Assembly (NCBI RefSeq): GCF_044704955.1 | Contig: NC_091980.1 | Span: 128,092,001 to 128,156,000 of the forward strand | Reading direction: 5' to 3' | Source: Pristiophorus japonicus | Taxonomy: Eukaryota | Length of the DNA stretch: 64,000 nt | Part shown: positions 29,506 to 46,227 of the stretch, in pieces | How positions within the stretch are numbered: position 1 is the first letter of the stretch | Layout: the number at the start of each line of letters is the position of its first letter | Made by a program: the position numbers and the translations under genes | Notes under the pieces: generated by a model | Told to the model about the DNA's origin: nothing | The model's input: only the letters and a program-made list of their open reading frames with translations | Database searches by the model: none

Positions 29506-32500
29506 GGAAGACCAGCAGGAAGAGCAGTGCAAGGAAGGTAGTGCAGGGGTCCCCTGCGGTCATCCCCGTGCAAAACAGATACACCGCTTTCGGTACTGTT
29601 GAGGAGGATGGCTCATCAGGGGAGGGCAGCAGCAGCCAAGTTCATGGCACCGTGGCTGGCTCTGTTGCACAGAAGGGTGGGAAAAAGAGTGGGAGAGCTT
29701 TAGTGATAGGGGACTCTATTGTAAGGGGAATAGATAGGAGTTTCTGCGGCCGCAACCGAGAATCCAGGATGGTATGTTGCATCCCTGGTGCAAGGGTCAA
29801 GGATGTCTCTGAGCGGTTGAAGGACATTTTGAAGGGGGTGGGTGAACAGCCATTTGTCATGACAGCTCTTTTGCTAATCGAGAGAAAAACGAGACAAGAG
29901 ATGTCTCGGAGCGGCTGCACAGCAATCTGGAGAGGGAGGGTGAACAGCCAGTTGTCGTGGTACATGTAGGTACCATCGATATAGGTAAGAAGCGGGAAGA
30001 GGTCCTACAAGCTGAATTTAGGGAGCTAGGAGTTAAATTTAAAAAGTAGGACCTCAAAGGTAGTAATCTCTGGATTGCCACCAGTGCCACGTGCTAATCA
30101 GAGTAGAGGGAGCAGCATAGTTAGAATAAATACGTGGCTTGAGCAGTGGTGCAAGAGGGAAGGATTCAAATTCCTGGGACATTGGAACCAGTTCTGGGGG
30201 AAGTGGGACCTGTACAAAAGGGACGGTCTGCACTTGGGCAGGACTGGAACTGATGTACTGGGGGTAACATTTGCTAATGCAGTTCGGGAGTGTTTAAACT
30301 AATATAGCAGTGGGATGGGAACTGATGCAGCAAGATAGGGCGAAGTAATATGGAGTCAGAAACAGATGGTAGAAAGGTAAAAAGCAACAGTGGAAGGCCG
30401 AGTAAACAAAGGCAAGAAACAAAAAGGGCCACACTACATCATAATTCTAAAAGGACAAAGGGTGTTAAAAAAACAAGCCTGAAGGCTTTGTGTCTTAATG
30501 CAAGGAGTATCCATAATAAGGTGGATGAATTAACTGCCCAAATAGATGTTAACGGATATGATTTGAATGGGATTACAGAGACGTGGCTCCAGGATGATCA
30601 GGGCTGGGAACACAACATCCATGGGTATTCAACATTCAGGAAGGATAGAATAAAAGGAAAAGGAGGTGGGGTAGCATTGCTGGTTAAAGAGGAGATTAAT
30701 GCAATAGTTAGGAAGGACATTAGCTTGGATGATGTGGAATCTATATGGGTAGAGCTGCAGAACATCAAAGGGCAAAAAACATTAGTGGGAGTTGTGTACA
30801 GACCTCCAAACAGTAGTAGTGATGTTGGGGAGGACATCAAACAGGAAATTAGGGGTGCATGCAATAAAGTGGCAGCAGTTATCATGAGTGACTTTAATAT
30901 GCATATAGATTGGGCTAACCAAACTGGAAGCAATACGGTGGAGGAGGATTTCCTGGAGTGCATAAGGGATGGTTTTCTAAACCAATATGTCGAGGAACCA
31001 ACTAGGGGGGAGGCCATCTTAGACTGGGTGTTGTGTAATGAGAGAGGATTAATTAGCAATCTTGTTGTGCGAGGCCCCTTGGGAAAGAGTGACCAATATA
31101 TGGTGTAATTCTAAATTAGGATGGAGAATGAAACAGTTAATTCAGAGACCATGGTCCAGAACTTAAAGAAGGGTAACTTTGAAGGTATGAGGCATGAATT
31201 GGCTAGGATAGATTGGTGAATGATACTGAAGGGGTTGACTGTGGATGGGCAATGGCAGACATTTAGAGACCGCATGGATGAACTATAACCATTGTACATC
31301 CCTGTCTGGCGTAAAAATAAAAAAGGGAAGGTGGCTCAACCGTGGCTATCAAGGGAAATCAGGGATTATATTAAAGCCAAGGAAGTGGTATACAAATTGG
31401 CCAGAAATTGCAGTGAACCTGGGGATTGGGAGAAATTTAGAACTCAGCAGAGGAGGACAAAGTGTTTGGATTAGGGCAGGGAAAATAGAGTACGAGAGGA
31501 AGCTTGCAGGGAACATTAAGACGGACTGAAAAGTTTCTATAGATATGTAAAGAGAAAAAGGTTAGGACAGACAAACGTATGTCCCATGCAGTCAGAATCA
31601 GGGGAAGTCATAACGGGGAACAAAGAAATGGCAGACCAATTGAACAAGTACTTTGGTTCGGTATTCACTAAGGAGGACACAAACAACCTTCCGGATATAA
31701 AAGGGGTCAGAGGGTCTAGTAAGAAGGAGGAACTGAGGGAAATCCTTATTAGTCGGGAAATTGTGTTGGGGAAATTGATGGGATTGAAGGCCGATAAATC
31801 CCCAGGGCCTGATGGACTGCATCCGAGAGTACTTAAGGAGGTAGCCTTGGAAATAGCGGATGCATTGACAGTCATTTTCCAACATTCCATAGAGTCTGGA
31901 TCAGTTCCTATCGAGTGGAGGGTAGCCAACGTAACCCCACTTTTTAAAAAAGGATAGAGAGAGAAAACAGGGAATTATAGACCGGTCAGCCTGACATCAG
32001 TAGTGGGTAAAATGATGGAATCAATTATTAAGGATGTCATAGCAGCACATTTGGAAAGAGGTGACATGATAGGTCCAAGTCAGCATGGATTTGTGAAAGG
32101 GAAATCATGCTTGAAAAATCTTCTGGAATTTTTTGAGGATGTTTCCAGTAGAGTGGACAAGGGAGAACCAGTTGACGTGGTATATTTGGACTTTCAGAAG
32201 ACTTTCGACAAGGTCCCACACAAGAGATTAATGTGCAAAGTTAAAGCACATGGGATTGGGGGTAGTGTGCTGACATGGATTGAGAACTGGTTGTCAGACA
32301 GGAAGCAAAGAGTAGGAGTAAATGGGTACTTTTCAGAATGGCAGGCAGTGACTATTGGGGTAGCGCAAGGTTCTTTGCTGGGGCCCCAGCTGTTTACATT
32401 GTACATTCATGATTTGGATCAGGGGATTAAATGTAGTATCTCCAAATTTGCAGATGACACTAAGTTGGGTGGCAGTGTGAGCTGTGAGGAGGATGCTATG

Positions 32501-33374
32501 AGGCTGCAGAGTTAATTAGATAGGTTAGGTGAGTGGGCAAATGCATGGCAGATGGAGTATAATGTAGATAAATGTGAGGTTATCCACTTTGGTGGTATAA
32601 ACAGAGAGACAGACTATTATCTGAATGGTGGCAGATTAGGAAAAGGGGAGGTGCAACGAGACCTGGGTGTCATGGTAAATCAGTCATTGAAGGTTGGCAT
32701 GCAGGTACAGCAGGCGGTTAAGAAAGCAAATGGCCTTCATAGCGAGGGGATTTGAGTACAGGGGCAGGGAGGTGTTGCAACAGTTGTACAGGACCTTGGT
32801 GAGGCCACACCTGAAGTATTGTGTACAGTTTTGGTCTCCTAACTTGAGGAAGGACATTCTTGCTATTGAGGGAGTGCAGCGAAGGTTCACCAGACTGATT
32901 CCCGGGATGGCGGGGCTGACATATCAAGAAAGAGTGGATCAACTGGGCTTTAATCACTGGAGTTCAGAAGAATGAGAGGGGATCTCATAGAAACGTTTAA
33001 AATTCTGACGGGTTTAGACAGGTTAGATGCAGGAAGAATGTTCCCAATGTTGGGGAAGTCCAGAACCAGGGGTCACAGTCCAAGGATAAGGAGTAAGCCA
33101 TTTAGGACCGAGATGAGGAGAAACTTCTTCAGCCAGAGTGTGGTGAACCTGTGGAATTCTCTACCACAGAAAGTTGTTGAGGCCAATTCATTAAATATAT
33201 TCAAAAAGGAGTTAGATGTAGTCCTTACTACTAGGGGGATCAAGGGATATGGCGAGAAAGCAGAAATGGGGTACTGAAGTTGCATGTTCAGCCATGAACT
33301 CATTGAATGGCAGTGCAGGCTCGAAGGGCCAAATGGCCTACTCCTGCACCTATTTTCTATGTTTCTATGTTTCG
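29506..33374 (+). mobile_element. CR1 LINE, 5'-truncated (ORF1 SGNH esterase part plus ORF2 APE-RT with stops)
   Basis: VIGDSIVRG and DGLHL esterase motifs; ITETWL endonuclease; KFADDTK RT; (tttctatg)n tail. Confidence 0.93.
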
Positions 33375-34612
33375 ATATTCTGTACACTGATGCTCAGTTT
33401 AGGTTCGCCCAGGACCACTCATCTGCAGTACTCATTGCAGCCTTGGTTCAAACATGGACAAAAGAGCAGAATTCTATGTGAGGTGAGAGTGATGGTCCTT
33501 GACATCAAGGCAGCATTTGACCGTGTGTGGCATCAAGGAGCCTTGGTAAAATTGAAGTCAATGGGAATCAGGGCGAAAACTCTCCACTGGCCGGAGTCAT
33601 ACCTAACACCAAGGAAGATGGTTGTCAATTATCTCAGCCACAGGACATCGCTGCAGGAGTTCCTCAGGACAGTGTCCTGGGCCCAACCATCTACAACTGC
33701 TTCTTCAATGACCATCCATCCTTCATAAGGTCAGAAGTGGAGATGTTTGTTGATGATTGCATAGCGTTCAGTTCCATTCGCAACTCCTCAGAAAATGAAG
33801 CAGTCCATGGCAAATGCAGCAACCTGGATGAGATTTAGTGTGAGGCTGATAAATGTCAAGTAACATTTGCACCACACAAGTTTCAGGCAATGACTACATC
33901 CAACAAGCGAGAGTCTAAACACCTGCCCTGAACATTCAAGAGCATTACTAACACAGAATCGCCTACCGTCAACACCTGGGAGTCACCATTGACCAGAAAC
34001 GTACCTGGACCCGTCACATAAATACTGTGGTAACAAGAGCGGGTCAGAGGCTGTGAATTTTATGGCAAGTGTCTCACCTCCTGACTCCCCAAAGCCTTTC
34101 CACCATCTACAAGGCACAAGTCAGGAGTGTGATGGAATACTCTCCACTTGCCTGGATGATTGTAGCTACTACAAAACTCAAGAAGCTCGACACCATCCAT
34201 GACAAAGTAGCCCACTTGATTGGCACATTCAACATTCACTGCCTCCACCACCAGCGTACCATGGCTGCACCATCTACAAGATGCAATGCAGGAATCACCA
34301 AGGTTTCTTCAGCACCACCTGCCAACCCGCGAACTCTAACAACTAGAAGGACAAGGGCTGCAGGCGCATGGGAACACCGTATTCCCATCCAAGTTACAAA
34401 CCATCCTGACTTGGAAATATATTGCCATTCCTTCATCGTTGCTGGTACAAAATCATGGAACTCTCTCCCTAACAGCACTGTAGGAGTACCTTCACCACAA
34501 GGACTGTAGTGGTTCAAGAAGGCAGCTCACCACAACCTTCTCAAGGGCAATTAGTGATGAGCAATAAAAGCTGGCCTTGCCAGTGATGCCCACATTCCGC
34601 AATGAATAAAAA
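33375..34612 (+). mobile_element. HER1-like LINE 3' part
   Basis: LDIKAAFDRVWH, FVDDC and VRSVMEYSPLAW; 3' tail 'ggcagctcaccac...gcaataaa'. Confidence 0.8.
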
Positions 34613-35121
34613 AGACATTAACATGGAAAGACAAAAGGAGACAATTTAATTGCCCCAGTGCAGTTCTCAGTAAAGTTTCTAAATTAACTTGTAAACACTG
34701 GATTATTGCAGCTCCAGCATCAACAACATTTGAATCCATTCATGGAAGAGAAGGGGCCAAAGGGAGATCCAATAGGATTTGGAAAGGATGATTGCTTATG
34801 GTATGAAATGCACAACAGGATGAAATACAAATGGATACATTTATGGTGGAGCTGTTGGTATTGGTTATAAATTGATGGAATAGGCATGGGTGAGGACAAC
34901 AGGGGGAACGCTTTCAGGAGAAGTATCTATTTAATTTGGGAGTTTTCCTTTTTGCATTTAATGCATTTAATCCTTGCCTAATTCCTTATACATGTGGGAG
35001 CCTAGTCAGTGAGTGTTGGCAGATTAGTCAACCATGAGGTGGGGTGGGATGGGTGCCAGCACCAAGAACAATAGGGTACCGATGTGGGATATGGTAGAAT
35101 AGTGGTTATGCTACTGGATAA

Positions 35122-36757
35122 ATAGGTAGGAAAAATAAAAAAGCAAACTATTATTTAAATAGGGAGGGATTACAAAATGCTGCAGTACAGAGGGATCTGG
35201 GAGTCCTTGTCCATGAAACTTACAAAGTTAGTATGCAGGTACAGCATTTAATTGGGAAAGCAATCGAATATAGTCTTTGATTTCAAAGGGGACGGAGTAT
35301 AAAAGTAAGCAAGTCCTGCTACAACTGTACAGGACATTGGTGAGACCAACACCTGGAGTACTACATACAGCTTTGGTTTCCTTATTTAAGGAGGGATATA
35401 CTTGCAATGGAGGCAGTTCAGAGAAGGTCCACGAGGTCGATTCCTGAGATGAAGGTGTTGTCACATGGAGAAAGGATAAGCAGGTTGGGCCTATACTCAT
35501 TGGAGTTTAAAAGACTGAAGGGTGATCTTATTGAAACGTAAAAGATTCTGAGGTGTCTTGACAGGGTAGATGCAGAGAGGATGTTTCCCCTCATGGGGGA
35601 AACTCGACGTCGGGGGCGTAGTTTCAGAATAAGGGGATGCACATTTAAAACAGAGGGTTGTGAATCTTTGGAATTCTCTACCCCAGAGATCTGTGGAGAC
35701 TGGGTCACTGAATATATTTCATCATCATCATCATCATAGGCAGTCATTCGGAATCGAGGAAGACTTGCTTCCACTCTTAAAATGAGTTCTTGGGTGGATG
35801 AACATTCGAATTCGAGAGCCACAGACTCTGTCACAAGTGGGACAGATAGTCGTTGAGGGAAGGGGTGGGTGGGACAGGTTTGCCGCACGCTCTTCCTGCT
35901 GCCTGCGCTTGATTTCTGCAAGCTCAGCGCCCTCCCGGATGTACTTCCTCCACTTAGGGTGATCTTTGGACAGGTGTCAGTGGGGATGTCTCACTTTATC
36001 AGGTTGCTTTGAGCGTGTCCGTGTAATGCTTCTGCTGTGCACCTTTGCTCATTTGCCATTAAGGAGTTGAGAGTAGACTACTTGCTTTGAGAGTCTCGTG
36101 TCTGGCATGCGAACTATGTGGCCTGTCCAGCGGAGCTGATCAACTGTGGTCGGTGCTTCAATGTTGGGGATGTTGGCCTGGTTGAGGAAGCTAATGTTGG
36201 TGCATCTGTCCTCCCAGGGGATTTGTAGGATCTTGTGGAGACATCGTTGGTGTATTTCTCCAGCGATTTGAGGTGTCTACTGTTCATGGTCCATATCTCT
36301 GAGCCATACAGGAGGGTGGGTATGACTACAGCCCTGTTGACCATGAGCTTGGTGGCAGTTCTGAGGGCCTGGTCTTCAAACACTCTTTTCCTCAGGCGGC
36401 CGAAGGCTGCACTGGCACACTGGAGGCGGTGTTGGATCTCGTCATCAATGCCTGCTCTTGATGATAGGAGGCTCCCAAGATGTGCTGTCCTCACCGCACA
36501 GCACTGCCCCCATGTTATCAACATCCACGGCGCGGCCCTGGACAACGTGGACCACTTCCCATATCTCGGGAGACTGAATATATGTAAGGTGGAGATCGAC
36601 AGATTTCTGAACGATAAGGGATGCCAGGGTTATGAGGAGAGGACAGGGAAGTGGAGTTGAGGCCATGATCAGATCAGCCATGATCTTATTGAATGGCAGA
36701 GCAGACTCGAAGGGCCAAATGAGCTACTCCTGCTCTTATTTCATCTGTTCTTATATA
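35122..36757 (+). mobile_element. CR1 3' fragment inserted in an HE1-like SINE head, itself interrupted by an RTE
   Basis: CR1 RT C-terminus at 35122-35717 continues at 36573-36757 and ends in a CR1 tail; SINE head halves at ~35090-35120 and 36758-36790. Confidence 0.8.
35718..36572 (-). mobile_element. RTE LINE insertion with (TGA)n tail and 5' inversion
   Basis: TSD actgaatatat at 35707-35717 and 36573-36583; minus-strand RTE 35718-36479; inverted segment ~36480-36572. Confidence 0.85.
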
Positions 36758-36799
36758 AGTAACCCAGAGGCCTGGACTAATGATCCAGAGTCAAAAATG

Positions 36800-37710
36800 T
36801 GGGTGACTTGCTTCCACTCTAAAAGTGAGTTCTCAGGTGGCTGAAGAGACCAATGTGGGACCTGTCACAAGTCGGGCAGAAAGTAATTGAAGGAAAGCAG
36901 GGCTGGGGAGCCTGGGTTGACACACGCTCCTTCTGCTGTCTGTGCTTGGTTTCTGCTTGCTCTCAGCGATGAGACTCGAGGTGCTCAGCGCTCTCCCGGA
37001 TGCTGTTCCTCCACTTTGGGTGGTCTTGGACCAGGGACTCCCAGGTGCCGGTGGGGATGTTGCACTTTATCAAGTCGGCTCTGAGGGTGTCCTTGAAGCG
37101 TTTCCTCTGCCCACCTGGAGCTTACCTGCCGTGACAAAGCTCCGAGTAGAGTGCTTGCTTTGGGAGTCTCGTGTCGCGCATACGGACAGTGTGACCCGTC
37201 CAACGGAGCTAATTGAGCGTGGTCAGTGCTTCGATGTGGGGGGGATGTTGGCCTAAGCAAGAACACGGATGTTGGTGCGTCTTTGCTCCAAATGGATTTG
37301 CAGGATCTTGCAGAGGCAGTGCTGGTGGGACTTCTCCAGTGTTTTGAGCTGGTTTGCTGTATATCGTCCACGCCTCTGAGCCACATAGGAGGGCTGCCTT
37401 CATTACAGCCCTGTAGACCACAAGCTTAATGCCAGTTTTGAAGTCCTTGTCTTCAAACATTCCTTTCCTCAGACGACCGAAGGATGCGCTGGCGCACTGG
37501 ACCTCATAATCGATGTCGGCCCTTGCTGACAGTAGGCTCCCGAGATATGGAAAATGGTCCATGTTGTCCCAGGCCGTGCCGTCGATTTTGATGACCAGGG
37601 GGAGTGCTGTGTGGCGGGGTCAGGTTGGTGGAGGATCTTTATCTTACGGATGGTTAGCGTAAGGCCTATGCTTTTGTACGCCTCAGTGAGGGTGTTGACG
37701 ATGGCTTGGA
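36800..37710 (-). mobile_element. RTE LINE 3' fragment (paralog of 943-1795)
   Basis: DHFPYLGSLLS...FGRLRKGMFED. Confidence 0.82.
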
Positions 37711-38963
37711 GTTCAGCATTAATATTTGAATCCATTCACAGGGGTGAAGCAATGAAATGAAAATCCACTGGGGTTTTGACAGGATGATTGCTATTTGGTA
37801 TGAAATGCACAATGGGAGCAAATGCAACTGGATACATTGGGTTGATAAATTCAGGTATTTGGCATTGGGGCTCAGGATGGGGCAAATGTTTTTCCGGAGC
37901 CTTGTGTTTAAAATCTTGGGCCTCTTGCTTTGTGCATTTAAAGAAATACATTTACTGCTTCTTCCAGCAGGATAATATTTTGTTGGAATTTAGTTGCACA
38001 GGTAATCCTTCAATACCTTATTCATGTGAGCATAGATCATGTTGGCAAGTTATTCGATCACGATAGGAGCAAGTGGAAGAGAATCTTTCCCAGAACCACC
38101 GCGCTCGGGTATCCACACTAAACAATGAAGCTTTAACATCAAGCTGATGCTTTCCCTGCTCACCCAATTGCAGTTCCCGACATTCAATGCACTCAGACAT
38201 TACTGGTCTGTACAGTAATTGCTGCTTTACATACAAAGCTTAACAAAGTCTACAGCAGCAGTCAGTTCAGTTACTGAACAAACTGCAATAATAACTGAAT
38301 AGGATCTGCTGCAAATACTGAATACAAACTGCTAATTACAGGGCTAATATTAAAGAGGATGCTAATCCAGGTCATTTTCTTCCACAGACTGAAATAATGA
38401 AACTCTGATTTACTGGAAAATGCTGCCGATGTTTAACGTGTTACAACAACTTTTATTTTGTTACACTGAATTTTCAGTTATGTAATAGCCAAGAGAATGT
38501 TCACTAGAGGGAACAGCTATTTTTATACTGCTCTGAAGCCTAAGCTCTGCCATTCCCTCTCTAAATCTATTTAAGACACTCCCTAAAACCTACCTCTGAC
38601 CATGCTTTATCCCTCAGTCAATATCTCATGGATGTGTTCAGACCATTACCATCCCCTTGAACATTTTAGGTCTTGCAACACATTTCTGCATAATCAGAGT
38701 CAATACTTCAATATGTCAGAGGAAAACCAAATTTGATTTGACTGAATCCCATAACATTGTTCCATAACTCAGTGTAATTCTGCTTAATTGAAAGATACAC
38801 AACCACTCATACATACAAGGAGACAAAACCCAGTGCAATGTTACTCAGTTTTATAGTTATGTTACAGTTCACATCTTAGCTCTTTGGACAAAGTCATAAG
38901 CCATCATTATATAATTAGGACCCCAGTCCTGCAGGCAAATACAAAAAGCTTGAACCAGTCAGT

Positions 38964-41152
<2,189 letters not shown>

Positions 41153-41515
41153 CTAGATTCTTTTTCACAAATCTAAACTTTGTAGAAGCAATAAACTGAA
41201 ACGTAGCCAACCTCAGACAACTGTAGAAATTCAAGCAACCGCAAATGCCAGTATTTCGACTGCTGAACAACCCAGGGTGTGTGTGGCACACTGCAGGATG
41301 AGTGACAGTCCTCAATACCCAATCAGAAGTTGCAGCCTCTCAGAGCACCAATCAAGTAATGGGAGGAGGGATGATGGACTCCCAGAGCCAGTCAGATCTT
41401 TGAAGAAGGAACATCATTGGCTGACAACTTAATGAGGATCTGAATTATGCTAACTTTCCTCAAACACAGTTCACATATCCAGAATCACAGGCTCAAGTGA
41501 ATCCTCTATTCTTTA

Positions 41516-44500
41516 TGTAAAGTCCTGTCCCCCTCAGTACAGATTCACACGAGGCATGTAGTGAAGTCAAGATCACTCTGAACCTGCACTTTTATTTCAC
41601 AGCTCTGGAATGCTGCACTTGCCTGAGACCTGTCCTTGTATACCTGTCTCTTGCAAGTGCACCTCTGGTGGTAAGGTATGCTGGTGGTTACAGGTCATAT
41701 CTTATTACAGCCATGTGTAGCATGTTAGGATACAGTTATATATAATAATGTAAGATACATGACATCACCCTCCCGCAAGGTCTTATTGTCTTTATAGGTT
41801 CAGTCTCTCAGGTGGTCTACGCTCTCGCATGGAGCGTCTGAGTTGTGGTTCAGTTGTTTGCCTTGGTGTCTGTTTTTCTTTGGGAGCGGTTGCTGGTATC
41901 TTGCCTGAGCTGTCTGTTTCGATTGGTGTGATTATTGTTGACTTACCTGGGCTGTCTGTTGGGATTGTCCTTTCCCTCAGGTTGTTCCCTCTGTCTGTCC
42001 ACCAGGTGTGGTGCGAGTTCCACATTGTAGTGTGCCTCTGGTTCCGCAGTGTTGTTGGTAAATCTGCTTTTAACTTGGTCTACATGCCTCCAGCAGGTTT
42101 TGCCATTGTCCATTTGTACTACCAGTAGCCTGTTTCCTTCCTTGTCTGTTACTGTCCCTGCAAGCCATTTGGGACCCCTGCCACAGTTTAGTACAAACAC
42201 TTTGTCCCCTATCTCATTCCATCTCCCCCTCGAATTTCTGTCATGGTACTCAGTCAGCTTATGACGCTTTGCCTCAATGATTGCGTGCATGTCTGGGAGG
42301 ATTAATGAGAGCCTTGTTTTTAAAGTCCTTTTCATCAACAGTTGCTCGGGGGGGATCCCAGTCAGTGAGTGCGGACGAGACCTGTATGCCAGCAGCAGTC
42401 GTGATAGGCGACCCTGCAGCGTGGGACCTTGGACTTTAAGCATGCCTTATTTAATGATTTGCACTGCTCTCTCCACCTGGCTGTTGGAGGCCGGCTTGAA
42501 CGGTGCCGTCTTGACGTGATTTATGCCGTGGTCAATTAGAAAATCTTGGAATTCTGCACTGGTGAAACACGGACCATTGTCACTGACCAATATGTCAGGG
42601 ATTCCGTGCGTTGCAAACATGGTTGCGAGGCTCTCCACAGTGGTGGAGGTCGTGCTCGAGTTTAAAATGGTGCATTCGATCCACTTTGAAAATGCATCTA
42701 CAACTACGAGGAACATTTTGCCCATGAATGGACCCACATAGTCTACGTGCACCCTCCACCACGGTTTGGTAGGCCAGGGGCTCAGTGGAGCGTCCCTGGG
42801 GGCATTGCTGAGTTGGGCACAAATGGTGCACCTTCGGACGCAGAGCTCCAAGTCCGCGTCAATACCAGGCCACCAGACGTGGGATCTGGCTATGGCCTTC
42901 ATGAGAACGATCCCCGGGTGCTCGCGGTGGAGCTCCCAGACAAATGCCTCTCTGCCTCGCAGGGGTATGACTACTCGGTTGCCCCACATCAGGCTGTCTG
43001 CTTTTAGTGACAGCTCATGCATGCGTCTGTGAAAGGGTTTTAATTCCTTGGGGCAGGCATCGCGAGCCTCTGCCCAGTCACCAGTTAGGACACAACTTTT
43101 TACTCAGGATAACGTGGGGTCACTGGCCGTCCAAGCTCTGATTTGGTGAGCCGTCATGGGCGAACCTGTGGACTCAAAGGCACTGATTGCCATGACTATC
43201 TCACAGTCCTGTTCGTCAGACCCTTCCGTGGTCGCCAGGGGTAGCCTGCTGAGCGCGTCGGCACAGTTATCTGTGCTTGGTCTGTGCCTTATGGTTTAGT
43301 CGTAGGACGCCAGAATAAGTGCCCACCATTGAATTCGCGTCGAGGCGTTGCCGTTTATTGCCTTGCTCTCAGATAGGAGGGATGTGAGGGGCTTGTGGTC
43401 GGTTTCTAACGCGAACTTGGCTCAAAAAAGTATTGGTGCATCTTTTTGACACCGTACACGCACGCGGGGCGCCTCCTTCTCGACCATTCCGTAGCCGCGG
43501 TCTGCCCGCGAAAGTGACCTGGAGGCATAAGCTACGGGTTGTAATTTGCCCGCACTATTGACATGTTGCAAAATGCACCCGACCCCATACGCTGAAGCAT
43601 CGCATGTGAGAACTAGTTTTTTACCTGGGTCAAAGAAAGTCAGAACACAGAAGGTTGCGTGCCTTATTGAAGGCGCGTTCCTGGGCGTCCTCCCAAAACC
43701 AATCGCACCCCTTCCTGAGTAGCACGTGGAGAGGCTCCAGCAGCGTGCTTAAATTCTGCATAAAGTTCCCAAAGTAATTGAGTCGCCCGAAAAAGGCGTG
43801 CCGTTCTGAGACATTCCAAGGCCTGGGTGCCAGGCGAATTGCTTCTGTTTTGGACTCTGTTGGGCGGATTCCATCAGCGGCAATCCTTCTGCCCAAAAAT
43901 TCAACCTCGGGTGCGAGAAACAGGCACTTGGATTTCTTGACTCGTAGGCCTACCCGATTCAGCCGCTTTAGTACTTCCTCCAAATTACGGAGATGGGAGT
44001 CGGTGTCCCTGCCCGTGATAAGTATGTCGTCTTGAAATACAACCGTCCCCGGGATGGACTTGAGCAGACTCTCCATGTTGCGCTAGAATATAGCAGCTGC
44101 CGACCTGATGCCGAATGGGCATCGATTGTACATGAAAAGGCCTCGATGTGTGTTGATGGTGGTGAGTAGCTTGGATTCCTCGGTCAATTCTTGTGTCATA
44201 TACGCAGATGTGAGGTCTAATTTTGAGAAAAGTTTACCTCCTGCCAATGTGGCAAATAAGTCCTCCGCTCTGGGCAGCGGGTACTGGTCCTGTAGGGAGA
44301 CTCTGTTTATTGTAGATTTGTTGTCCCCACAGATTTGTACGGATCCCATGACTGGGACGATGGGACTTGCCCAGTCGCTAAATTCCACAGGTGATATAAT
44401 GCCTTCCCGCAGAAGCCTGTCTAGTTCGTGTTCAATCTTTTCCCTCATCACATAGGGTACAGCTCTGGCCTTGTGATGGACTGGTTGAGCATTCTGTGAT

Positions 44501-46227
44501 GTAGATTTTGACTTTGGCCCCTTTGAAAGTGCCCACACCTGGCTGAAAGAGATGTTCAAATGGCTTTATAACTGTTGAGCAGGAGGTCCGTTCCTCTAAT
44601 GACACGGCATGGACATCATCCCATTTCCAGTTTGTTTTGCCAGCCAGCTTCTCCCCAGCAGGGCTGGGGGGTCTCCGGGGACAATCTACAGGAGAGGTTG
44701 GTTCACTGTCCCTTTGTGTGTGACAGAGAGCATGGCGCTGCCGAGGACTGGTACTTTTTCTTTGGTATAGGTCCTTAGTGTGGTGTCGACCCTTGTGAGT
44801 TTTGGTCTGTCTCTTTTATGCGGCCACAGTTGTTCAAATTGTTGAGCGCCCATGAGAGATTGATTCACTCCCGTATCCAGCTCCATGTTGACACATATCC
44901 CGTTGAGTAGGACCCTCATCATTATAGGAGGGGTCCTGTTGTAGGAGCAACGGCCATTGATCGTGTTGACCTGCTGTACATCGGTGTTCCGGGTACTGTC
45001 CCCACCATCTTCTGGTCTGCTTTCCGACCCATCTGATTCGTATACCAGCTGAGCTGCCGTTTTTTTGCACATGCGGACCAAATGCCCTGTATATTCACAA
45101 TTTCTGCAAACAGCCTGCTGAAATCGACATCCCCTTGATGAGTGCCCACCCCCACACCTCCAACACAGACCTGTTCCATTGTTCAAAGTGTTTCCAAAGA
45201 ATGAGCTGCGTCTGGCTGATCTCTCTTGAGCTTCTCTTGGTTTGTAGTTGATTGTTCGCATTGTGGGTTGATGAGGTGTGAACGGCCGTTACTGTGGCCC
45301 TTGATTGCTTCTGCCTGCTGTCGAGAGCTGTTCTCCCGGTTTTGTCTGTGTGTGTGGATAGCAGCTTGTTTAGTGATGTGAAATTCTTGTTCCGATATTT
45401 CGTTATCTGCATTGTAAATCAACCTCGTTTCTTCTTCCCCTACCAAGAATGTCTGTGCAACCAGTGCTACTGCCTCTAAGGTCAGGGTCTTGGTCTCTAT
45501 GAGCTTTCGGAGTATGCCTGCGTGGCCGATTCCTTCAATGAAAAAGTCTCTCAGCATTTCTCTCCTCAGTTCATCAGAGAACTCACATAAACTAGCCAAC
45601 CTCCAAAGTTCCGCCACGAAGTCGGGTATGCTCTGGCCCACACAGCGTCTCTAGTTGTAGAACCTGTGTCTGGCCATGTGTAGGCTGCTCGCTGGCTTCA
45701 GGTGGTCTCTTAACAGTGTGCTCAATTCTTCAAACGACTTGCTTGCTGGTTTCTCGGGTGCCAACAGATCCTTCATTAAAGCAGATGTTTTCGAGCCACA
45801 GCTGGTCAAGAGATGGGCTCTTCTCTTGTCTGCCTTATTGTCGCCTAACCAGTCTTTGGTTACAAAGCTTTGCTGGAGCCTTTCTATAAAGTCCTCCCAA
45901 TTGTCTCCCGCATTGTGCTTTTCATCTGATCCGTTGTTCGCCATTCTGTGGATTCTGTAATCCCGTAACTCGTCCCCACTGTAAAGTCCTGTCCCCTCAG
46001 TACAGATTCACATGAGGCATGTAGTGAAGTCAAGGTCACTCTGGACCTGCACCTTTATTTCACAGCTCTGGCATGCTGCACTTGTCTGAGACCTGTCCTT
46101 ATATACCTGTCTCTTGCAAGTGCACCCCTGGTGGTAAGGTATGCTGGTGGTTACAGGTCATATCTTATTACAGTCATGTATGGCATGTTAGGATACAGTT
46201 ATATATAATAAAGTAAGATACATGACA
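41516..46227 (-). mobile_element. Gypsy LTR retrotransposon G4, disrupted ORFs, no TSD
   Basis: LTRs 41516-41764 and 45980-46227; PBS-like 'gtggggacgag' and PPT on the minus strand; gag (45944 down), MELDTG, FQDDILI, SDNGPCF. Confidence 0.93.

Noticed and set aside
41280-41300. CAGTGT hexamer upstream of copy 3 as a possible IRE loop
   Set aside because: It has no flanking stem or bulged C, lies upstream of the TATA position and is not conserved in the paralogs
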